Assembly: GCA_951406725.2 (NCBI GenBank)
Contig: OX597838.1
Coordinates: forward strand, 25,792,001 to 25,856,000
From: Octopus vulgaris
Lineage: Eukaryota
DNA: 64,000 nucleotides
Direction of reading: 5' to 3'
Each line of letters begins with the position of its first letter. Within the stretch, counting starts at the first letter, position 1. Position numbers and translations under genes: made by a program. Of this stretch, positions 55,222 through 64,000 are shown piece by piece. Under the pieces are notes generated by a model. The model saw only the letters and a list, made by a program, of their open reading frames with translations. It was not told the origin of the DNA and made no database searches.

Positions 55222-58200
55222 TACCACTGCCACCACTACCCCCCCCACTACTATCACCACCCCTCACTCCTGCCCCATTACCACTACTATTGTTGTTATT
55301 AATGCTGTTGTTGTTCAAAACCAGGTTCAGAGCTGTTGTCGATGACATACTGCCACCCACTCAACAACGAAGAACTGCCGGTATACTCAGCCAGTCATGT
55401 GACATCAACAAAGGGAACCGGCCTCGTCCATACAGCCCCAGCCCATGGACATGATGACTTCCATATTGCTATTGACCATGGACTATCTGTTGTAAGTACT
55501 GATGGAAAATTTGTCAACTGACTGACCACATATGGTCACTGTCTTGCAAAACATAACACACAATTGCACATGATCACACATGGTCACCCTGTCACACACA
55601 GTCACACAGGGTCACCCTATCACACATTGTCATCCTGTTACACACAGTCACACTTCATCATTCTGTCACACAATCACACTTGGTCATCCTGTCACACATG
55701 GTTAACCCATCACACTGTTACATATGGTCACCCTGTCACACATAGTCCACATACAGCGAAATGAAATTCTAGGTGTGGAAGCAAAACCTGGAATCAAAGG
55801 GTCTTAAAGACAGCTTAGCAAAGACCAAAGTTCTAACTAGCAGCAAAAAAACAGACAGAATGTTAATCCCTTTAGGTAATTGGCCCTGTTTTATATGTAG
55901 AAAGGGTGTTGGTAGAAATTCTATATGGTCCACTCAGTGTAAACTGTGGACACATGAAATATGCAGTGGAAAAAGAACAATCACAAAATGTCATTATATT
56001 CACTTATGTTATTTTATAAATTAGCATTGTTCATTGTACCGAAAATTAACATTGTTCATTATAAATAAACATCATTGAACTGTAAATTTACATTTTTTTA
56101 AAATTAACATTATTCATTGACCCTTTTGTAAGTTAACACTATTCAATGTAAAGTAAATTAATATTGTTCATTCTACCATAAATTATTCATTATACTGTAA
56201 ATTAATGACTTTCATTGTACCTTAAATGAATGCTGTTTATTGTACAATAAATTAACATTGTTCATCATACATCCAACACCTGGTTGCTGATACTCTATTT
56301 CTATTTTTAAATTCTTCTTTTCAGAAATCATTAATCAGGGAAGATGGCAGTTATTCACCAGAAGCAGGACCTCAACTTGCTAACAAGGTTGTAGGGAAAG
56401 ATGCTAATGAAACTGGTGTGTATCAGATTGTATTTCCCACACTCTTTACTTGTCAGTTTATAAACTATAAACGTCGCCCTTTTCAAGCCTAGTCAGGCTC
56501 ATGGACCCAGTTTCTGTGGCGTATGTGTTCACCCCAGCTGGATGGGATGCCAGTCCATCGCAGCGTTACTCAAGAAAACAGGAAGAGAGAGTGAGAGAAA
56601 GTTGTGGTGAAAGAGTACAATAGGGGTCGCCACCACCCCCTGCCGGAGTCTCGTGGAGCTTTTAGGTATTTTCGCTCAATAAACACAGAAAACGCCCAGT
56701 CTGGGAATCGAAACCGTGATCTTCCGACTGTAAGTCCGCTGCCCTAACCACTGGGCCATTGCACCTCCACTTGTCAGTTATGGCTTTGGGCTAAAGAAAA
56801 TACAGGAGGATCAGTTAATTATAATTTTATTCAATGTATTCCCCTCTCAAAGGGGAATACATGGTGATCTTATATCAAGATAAATAGTGCATGACCTTGC
56901 AGGTGGAGGCACAGTTAGAACTTTCTTCAGGTTGAGTAGCCCATCCCACTCAAAAGGTCCCTGAATAAGGGTTGTTTAAGGATGATGAACGAAGCACCCA
57001 TGTTTCCAGAGGTGAATTATTCAAACTCCAAAGAATTCCTCTCAACACATGGTTATGATGCTCCCTCACTACTGCTTCTCATGATCAGAGATGCACATAT
57101 CGTCAGCTACCAAGGGAGATGCTCAGCTGGTTATGGTCAAACAACTGACAAGGAAAAAATCTGTGGTATTGAGCAAAATATTTGCTGTAGTCCATTGTTT
57201 ATACCGAGTCAAAACATGTACATAATAACACTTCCAATCAGTTGATATCAGAAACCATGGGAGCCAGTGCCTGGCTTTGTATCAAGGCATTTATAATTAT
57301 TATCACTATTAGCAACAGCAGCAGCACGCCTGCGCTATGTTCTGAGTTCAATTTCTGCTGAGGTCGACTTTGCCTTTCATCCTTTCGGGGTTGATTAAAT
57401 AAGTACCAGTTACGCACTGGGGTCGATATAATCAACTTAATCCGTTTGTCTGTCCTTGTTTGTCCTCTCTGTGTTTAGCCCCTTGTGGGTAGCAAAGAAA
57501 TAGGTATTTCTTCAGGCTCTCTTTGTTCAAATTCTGCTGAAGTCAGCATTGCCTTTCATCCTTTCGTGGTTAGTGAAGCAAGTACCAGTCAAGTACTGGG
57601 GTCGATGTGAGCGACTAGGCCCCTCCCCATTAAATTTCATCTCTTGTGTTGATTCTAGAAATAATAATTTGTTATTGTTGTTATTGTTGTTGTTGTTCTA
57701 CTTTGTGTCAGTTTTGGAATTACTGGGAGATCATGTGATTAAAGTGGAGGACTTCGTTCACAGTTACCCTTACGATTGGCGCACCAACCAGCCTGTGATC
57801 ATACGAGCTAGTCTTCAATGGTTCATGGACACCAGCTCTGTGAAGGAGACTGCAATTGTAAGTAGAACTCGATGCTTTTAAGGGACGAAGGTGGACTTGT
57901 GGGAAGATGATATGCTTGCAGAAAGTTGGACAGACTTGTGGGAAGGCGGATCGTGGGAGGAGGCTGTGGACTTGTGGAAAGGTGGTGGGCTTGTGGGAAG
58001 GCGGATTGTGGGAGGAGGCCGTGGACCTGTGGAAAGGTGGTGGGCTTGTGGGAGGGCAGTGGACTGGTTCTTGTGGGAGAGGGCATGGGCTCATCTGTAG
58101 AATTATGTGGTGAATGGCATTTTTAGAGTGGACTCAGATTGAAAATATTAAACAAGAAATATATTGTTTTGTTGTTGATGTTGTTGTTGTTTAATCCTGG

Positions 58201-60584
58201 GTTAATTTTGCTCAAGTAAAACTATGAAAAGAATTCTGTTACTCTCTCATCTCTCAATTTCTTGCTATGTCTAGCTGCTCATGTGACTACATAGGGGCTT
58301 CTTCACTGATGCATGTTGGTGAGTAGAGCAAAACAGCATACACCTCTATTGTTTTTATATATACATATATTTGTAATCTAATAAGTTTTTGAGGTTCAAG
58401 CTGCTGGACTGTTCATCTTATGTGATTCTTTATTGCCCACAAGGGGCTAAACATAGAGGGGACAAACAAGGAGAGACAAACGGATTAAGTCGATTACATC
58501 GACCCCAGTGCGTAACTGGTACTTAATTTATCGACCCCGAAAGGATGAAAGGCAAAGTCGACCTCGGCGGAATTTGAACTCAGAATGCAACAACAGACGC
58601 AATACCGCTAAGCATTTCGCCCGGTGTGCTAACGTTTCTGCCAGCTCGCCGCCTGTTCATCCTATGGCCATAAGTTCATCATCATCATCATCATCATATA
58701 TAGTGCCACAATATATAAACTATAGAATATATGTATTTGAATGTGTAGGATGGTAGGAAAGGCCAGGTACCAGACTTGCAATATTCAGTTGTTGTCTACT
58801 GGTTGTGTGCTGCATGTATGTACACATACATCTACATGTCTGTTCTTATATAAGTACACTTAGACAAATGTATATGTATACACATATAGGTGCTTGATTC
58901 AATACAAAACTGCAGATCCAGCCTAGGAGTGACTTCAAATTTAGTGTATGTACAAAAGAACTTGCTTCACTATGTGAAATGGTGAGCTGAACATGGAACC
59001 ATGTGGTTTGGAAGCAAGCTTCTTATTTCTTTATTGCCCACAAGGGGCTGAACATAGAGGGGACAAACAAAGACAGACAAAAGGATTAAGTCGATTACAT
59101 TGAACCCAGTGCAGGATGAAAGGCAAAGTTGACCTTGGCGGAATTTGAACTCAGAACATAACAGCAGACGAAATAGCACTAAGCATTTCACCTGGCATGC
59201 TAACATTTCTGCTAGCTTGTCGCCTTTGGAAGCAAGCTTCTTACCACACAGCTATGCCTGTGCATATATAATATGTATTGTGCCTGTCAATATAATTAAT
59301 ATATTTCAATATAAAACCTTGTTAAATTACTTCTTGTGGTTCTTACCTGACTTTTCTCTCCTCACTTTGCTCTTTTCTCTCTGTTTCTCTCACTTATGCA
59401 ATTTCTCTCTCTCTCCCATTCTCTTTCTCTCACACCTATATCCACTCTATCACACATGCAATAATTCTCTCTTTCTCACACATATTTCTGTCTTATTCTC
59501 TCTCTCTCTCTCTCTCTTTCTCATCTACAATATTCCCCTCTCACTTATTCCCTCCCTCCTACCAACTGTCATTTCTCTTACCCCCTCCTTCACATTCTCT
59601 TATAAACTTCTATTCTCTCACTCCTTCCTGTTTCTTCACCCCTCACATCAATTCTCATTTCTCTCACACACATTCTCATCTCTCAATCATTCCCCTCTCT
59701 CTCTCTCTCACGCACACACAAACACACACGCACTCCCATACTCATCTTTTCTCTCTCTCTCTTCTCACACTTGTCCCTTACTCTCACACTATCCACTTCT
59801 CTTTCTCTCTGTCTCTTCACAGAAATGTCTCGACTCTGTCAACATCTACCCCAAGTCATCACAGAACAGTATGCTGTCCCAGCTAGAATCCAGGACTTAC
59901 TGGTGCATCTCTCGCCAGAGATCTTGGGGGCTGCCCATTCCTGTCTTTTATTGTCGTTCTACTGGAAAACCCTTCATTACAGTGTAATTATTTGACTCCA
60001 ACTTTATTTCTACCACCAGCATCATTATTTGTGTGTATGTATATGTGTATATGTGTGTGTGTGTATCATCATCATCATTTAACGTCTTCTTTCCATGCTT
60101 GCATGGGTTAGACAGTTTGACTGAAACTGGTAAGCCAGAGAGCTGCACCAGACTCCAGTCTGATTTGGTATAGTTTCTAACAGCCATTTGCAATAAAGGA
60201 CCCGAAATACATGTTATGTGATAGCTGGGTGTGCAAAAAATAGCAGCCAAATCTTTCTGGGTAAAGGAGCCGTTTACATGTGAGTTTGATGTTACATTAA
60301 TTGGAAGCATGCGAAATAACTTAGAAAAGAAAAAAAAACCTATGAAACAAAACTTGCATTTTAATTTTACCTGCAGAATGTTTTGTTGATCAGATCAAAT
60401 GGAACCCTCGTCATCGTAACTGACAGAGTGGCAGTTTATATATATGTATGTATGTGTGTGTGTGTGTGTATAATCAAAATAAGCAACAGGATATCCAGAG
60501 GTGGTGCAGTACAGCCGTTTCAAGCAGCTCCATTTAATTGGTGCTTCAACTTAAGTACCCAATTCATCTGAATCTCAATTATAC

Positions 60585-60630
<46 letters not shown>

Positions 60631-63295
60631 GAACTTCTTTCAATTTTCTGTCTACCAAATTTATTCAGAAGGTATTAATCATCCTGTAGCTATAGTGCAT
60701 AGGTTCTCAAAGTGGGTGCTACCCCCCCCCCCCCTCCGGTTGGGTTTTTTTTTTTTTTTGTTGTTGGTCAGTTATTTTTAGCATTTTGTCAGGAAAAAGT
60801 CATTCTAAAATTGTTTTTTAATGTAAGCGTGCCCAAACAAGTCGAATGCTTACACAGAGCAGGTTTTACAGCCACATCATCCAAACCGACTGTATGAAAC
60901 TGGGCTTAGCTGCTAGTTTATACATAAAAGTAGGGGGTGGAGGCACTGAGGGTAGCCATGAGGTGGGGGTGGTGGTGGCCCAAAAAGTTTGAGAACTTCT
61001 GCTATAGTGGAAGACACTTGCTCAAGGTGCCATGTAGTGGGACTGAACTCAGTACCATATGGTACAGAAGCAAACTTCTTACCACACAGCCACACCTGGG
61101 CACGTATCTGAATGAAAGTGAGAGAGTTCATATTTGTAATGTTTAATTGTATGTCCTATAATAATTGCTGTTGTTGTTGTTGTTGTTGTCATCTTTTACA
61201 GAGACAGTGTCAACCACATCTCTAAGTTATTCCTTGAACACGGCACTGATGTTTGGTGGAAGATGTCTACAGAGGAACTGTTACCCGAGTCTGTTCTACA
61301 GAAGGTAGTGTTATAGTTGTAATTGGTCTGTTGTGATATATTGTGTGTGTGTGTGTGTGTGTGTGTGTACAACCATGTGGTGTGTGATGATGTGGTCTGG
61401 GGCTGTGTTGGGAAGTGGTATGTGTCATAGTAGTGAGTGCAACCTTGTTGCGTGATGCTGGGGGGAGTCATATTTGTTGTTGTGGTGTAGTGTTCTGTTG
61501 TGTGGTTTGTGTTATTGTGGTCTGGTCAGTGATGTGGCCTGGTGCTGTGTTGTGTGGTACAGTATGACCTTGTGATGTGGTCTGTGATGTAGTCAAGTGC
61601 AGTGTTGGTGAGTGGTACATGTTGTAGTGTGAACTTTGTAGCATTGCTGACCAAAGACATGAGCACTCTGGGAGCCAAAGGGTCTAGGGCTCCAATTCAG
61701 ATCTATGTATGCTCTGTCAATAAATCTTACAGGGCCCAGTATATACTGATTTGCCTGGGAGCCCATTTCTGACCTATGTATGATTTGCCTTTGCTGTCAA
61801 TAAATAATACTATAGGGCCCAATGCATTGATATGCCTGGGGGTTGACATAGGTGTAGGGACCCAATTCTGATATTGTATGTTGTGACTTCCTGTCAGTAA
61901 GAAATACTATAGGGACCAATGCATTGATTTGTCTGGGGTCCTTGTAGATGTAGGGGCCCCAATTCTGTTCTTTATTTGCTGTGCTTTGCTACCAGTAAAT
62001 AAATTTTATATAGCCCACTGTATTAATTTGCCTGGGAGTGGGGACTTATGAGTGTAAGGGGCCCAATTCCGATTTATGTATGATATGCCTTGCTGTCAAT
62101 GAATAAATCTTATCGTGCCCAATAGATTGATTTGCCTGGGGGCTTACAGTGCTGCTAATATGGCCCTGTGTTGTGGTGTAATATAACTTTATGGTTTTGT
62201 CTGTGATGTAAGCCTAGAGCTGTGTTGTTGTGGTGGTCTGGTGTGGTGTTGTGATCTGTTGAATGGCGTGTTGCACTTTGTGATGTGTTTTTGGTGCATA
62301 AATTGGTAGTGATGGAACATGTATAATGGGAGATTGGTGGCGGTGGAGGATGTACTGGTGTAATGTGGGTGGTGATATGGTGTTGGTGGTGTAGTGTGCT
62401 GATGATGTACATTATTGTTATTTAGCCCCAGGTCTGATCTGACTGGACAGAGAGACAGACCAATCATCAATGACTGTCTTAGGCATGACTATGTTCTCTT
62501 CTGGAGTGATGTATCCCAGTCAACATCATCCAAGGGTAGCTTTGATAAGAATGTAGGATGTTATTTGAGGGAAATTTGGCTGCTATTTCTTGTAGGTCAA
62601 ATGATCATGCAGAAGTCTCCCATAATTGGTCTCACATAAATAGTGCTGCTAGTTACCACAATAAGCTCAGAGTCACTCCCTTTTTGTAGAATACTTAGAA
62701 AAAAGGAGCACTCCATCGATTATGACGAGGGTCCCTGCTGATACAATCAATGGAATAGCTTTCTCATGAAATTAACATGCAAGTGGTTGAGCACTCCACA
62801 GACATGTGTACCCTTAATGTAGTTCTCAGGGAGATTCAGCATAACTGAATGTGACAAGGCTGACCCTTTGAAATACAGGTACTACTCATTTTTGCCAACT
62901 GAGTAGACTGGAGCAATGTGAAATAAAGTGTCTTGCTCAAGGACACAACGCGTTGCCAGGACTTGAACTCATGACCTTACGATCGTGAGTAGAATGCCCT
63001 AACCACTAAGCCAGGCACCTTCACTGTAGAATACTATGATGATATCATTCAGAATAATTATGTGCTTTTATGATGATTATTATCTTTATGTTAATTACTA
63101 TAATTACTGGATGATTGCATTTTCTGTTTTTCTCTCCTTTTTTTTTTTCTATCTGTTGTCTCTGAAGTCTTTATCATCATTTATTTCCTCTTGTCTTTCA
63201 GAGTGGTATAAAGAATTCCTCTGGTTTTGTGAAAGGGGAAGATATTTTGGACATATGGTTTGATAGCGGTGTCTCTTGGGCCTGCATATTACAAG
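41146..63295 (+). CDS. IARS2: Mitochondrial isoleucyl-tRNA synthetase, exons 1-14 (3' part, including the KMSKS motif, lies beyond the window)
   Basis: Spliced translation contains the class Ia IleRS motifs [15 protein letters not shown] (HIGH), [65 protein letters not shown] and [10 protein letters not shown]. All 13 introns are GT-AG with matching phases. The Arg/Ser/Leu-rich N-terminus resembles a mitochondrial presequence. Confidence 0.96.
43767..44003 (-). mobile_element. Decayed CR1/Jockey-group LINE C-terminal fragment
   Basis: [34 protein letters not shown] resembles the post-RT region of these LINEs. Confidence 0.5.
44031..44694. repeat. Long near-perfect inverted repeat (Penelope pLTR-like fold-back)
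   Basis: Arms 44031-44349 and ~44365-44694 with a ~15-nt spacer; flanked by (TA)n. Confidence 0.92.
44598..44660 (+). ncRNA. Minimal type I hammerhead ribozyme-like motif (CCGAAGA core variant) in IARS2 intron 1
   Basis: agataa-CCGAAGA-gatg...catc-t-GAAAC-TCAGA-GTT-ttatct; stems I and II pair. Confidence 0.55.
45104..45226 (+). CDS. IARS2: IARS2 exon 2 (HIGH motif)
   Basis: ttttttctag|[41 protein letters not shown]|gtaagt. Confidence 0.96.
45804..46187. repeat. 96-bp tandem repeat x4 in IARS2 intron 2
   Basis: 32-aa periodicity in the overlapping ORFs; ABAB variant pattern. Confidence 0.9.
46356..46515 (+). CDS. IARS2: IARS2 exon 3
   Basis: aacag|[34 protein letters not shown]...IRNR|gtacgg. 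Confidence 0.96.
47685..47833 (+). CDS. IARS2: IARS2 exon 4
   Basis: ttgcag|[35 protein letters not shown]...LYKK|gtaagt. Confidence 0.95.
48711..48760 (+). CDS. IARS2: IARS2 exon 5
   Basis: ttgcag|[16 protein letters not shown]|gtaatc, 50 nt, phases 0/2. Confidence 0.93.
48998..49634. mobile_element. hAT (Charlie-like) MITE with nested RTE tail
   Basis: Termini CAGTGGTTTTC / GAGAACCACTG; RTE 3' tail at ~49110-49490. Confidence 0.65.
50292..50404 (+). CDS. IARS2: IARS2 exon 6
   Basis: ttccag|[23 protein letters not shown]...LSE|gtatgg. Confidence 0.93.
51150..51700. repeat. Unclassified interspersed repeat
   Basis: Second copy at ~56860-57295. Confidence 0.6.
52026..52122 (+). CDS. IARS2: IARS2 exon 7 (CP1 editing domain, WTTTPWT)
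   Basis: tttaag|[31 protein letters not shown]|gtaagt. Confidence 0.93.
52252..53045 (-). mobile_element. 3' fragment of the same RTE family as 20154-22729
   Basis: Shared 3' UTR, and a C-terminal coding stretch similar to ~20800-21030. Confidence 0.75.
53088..53425 (+). mobile_element. tRNA-derived SINE family D
   Basis: Head GAAGGCGCATGGCTCAGTGGTTAGAGCG...TCGAATCCC; copies at ~17170-17498(-), 22755-22945, 27765-28080(-), 50651-50900, 62705-63024(-). Confidence 0.8.
53776..53885 (+). CDS. IARS2: IARS2 exon 8
   Basis: gtcag|[36 protein letters not shown]|gtgagt; phases 2/1 fit the neighbouring exons. Confidence 0.88.
53945..54185. repeat. CA-rich minisatellite
   Basis: Repeated cacacagaggcatacatacacgacatt. 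Confidence 0.85.
55325..55491 (+). CDS. IARS2: IARS2 exon 9 (editing site [16 protein letters not shown])
   Basis: accag|[12 protein letters not shown]...[26 protein letters not shown]|gtaagt. Confidence 0.94.
55770..55970 (+). mobile_element. Internal RTE fragment covering the PHD region
   Basis: [42 protein letters not shown], homologous to ORF 20797-22095. Confidence 0.8.
56325..56415 (+). CDS. IARS2: IARS2 exon 10
   Basis: tttcag|[30 protein letters not shown]|gtgtgt. Confidence 0.88.
57712..57857 (+). CDS. IARS2: IARS2 exon 11
   Basis: gtcag|[40 protein letters not shown]...AI|gtaagt. Confidence 0.94.
59823..59983 (+). CDS. IARS2: IARS2 exon 12
   Basis: cacag|[10 protein letters not shown]...[19 protein letters not shown]...FIT|gtaatt; phase-2 donor chosen to fit exon 13. 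Confidence 0.92.
61202..61304 (+). CDS. IARS2: IARS2 exon 13
   Basis: ttacag|[34 protein letters not shown]|gtagtg. Confidence 0.92.
61680..62168. repeat. Diverged ~95-bp tandem repeat, about 5 units, probably MITE-internal
   Basis: Recurring ggcccaatt...tgtcaataaat...gatttgcctggg; ends in GGCCCTG. Confidence 0.6.
63202..63295 (+). CDS. IARS2: IARS2 exon 14
   Basis: tttcag|[31 protein letters not shown]|gtaaca. Confidence 0.94.
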
Positions 63296-64000
63296 GTAAC
63301 ATTTGTTGTAATTGTTGTTGCTGTTGGTGGTGGTGGCGGTGATGGTTGGCTTCCAGGTCTGCCATCAGCGGGCAGATCCAAGATCAAAGTTATTTCATCC
63401 ATGACCATCCTGTCTTTTAGCTTCTGAAGAAGCCAGCATTGTCCAATGTCTTTTATTCAACTTTCGGATGTGATTTGAGAGAGGGGTATTGGTTGCTATT
63501 TCTGGAGGCCAAGCAACCACAGATTTGCATCCTCACGTTGTGAGGACGCATTGTGTCCTTGAGCAAGACACTTTATTTCTTGCTGCTCTAGTCTACTCAG
63601 CTGGCAAAAATGCATTGTACATGTATTTCAAAGGGCCAGCCTTCTCACACTCTGTGTAACAGTTCTTGCCATTGATGGTGGAAATATCAATGAGCATTGC
63701 TCCTCCTCATCCTCATCCTCCTGGTGGGTGAAGTAAACTTATCTGTATGGGAAACACCTTTAATTAATCTGTATAGGATTGTTGGCCTTTGAATTAGAAT
63801 GTGTACTAAAGCTGATTAATGTAAATCAACCAAATGCGCAACCCTATTATATCAAAGGACTGTAAGACACTTATTCAGGAGAAACATGAATTGAAATGTA
63901 AGAAGAAAATGCTTTTTTATTAAATAAATTTTCAAAATGTATAACATGTATATATATATATATATATATATACATCATCATCATCATTTAACGTCTGCTT

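Noticed and set aside
59145-59822. 5' part of the 280-aa ORF that ends in IARS2 exon 12
   Set aside because: Intronic SINE and CT-rich low-complexity sequence that is in frame by chance.

Overview
Repeat-rich eukaryotic genomic DNA, most likely from an octopus (inferred from its tRNA-derived SINEs, RTE LINE tails ending in (GAT)n and dense (TA)n/(CA)n microsatellites). The one securely identified gene is mitochondrial isoleucyl-tRNA synthetase (IARS2) on the + strand. Its 14 coding exons, assembled by hand from 41146 to 63295, give 1804 nt (about 601 aa) with GT-AG introns and consistent phases, and the gene runs past the window end. The left 40 kb holds an RTE LINE with an embedded PHD finger, a Naiad/Chlamys-type Penelope-like RT fragment, Helitron/Helentron-type elements, hAT- and mariner-type MITEs, minisatellites and weak traces of other genes. 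The most unusual signal is a set of short elements in or beside (TA)n tracts, several of them palindromic, that carry minimal type I hammerhead-ribozyme motifs. These include a CCGANGA core variant, a tRNA-headed SINE-like element with a hammerhead tail, and a ~320-bp-arm fold-back in IARS2 intron 1. Most long ORFs in the supplied track are simple-repeat artefacts.
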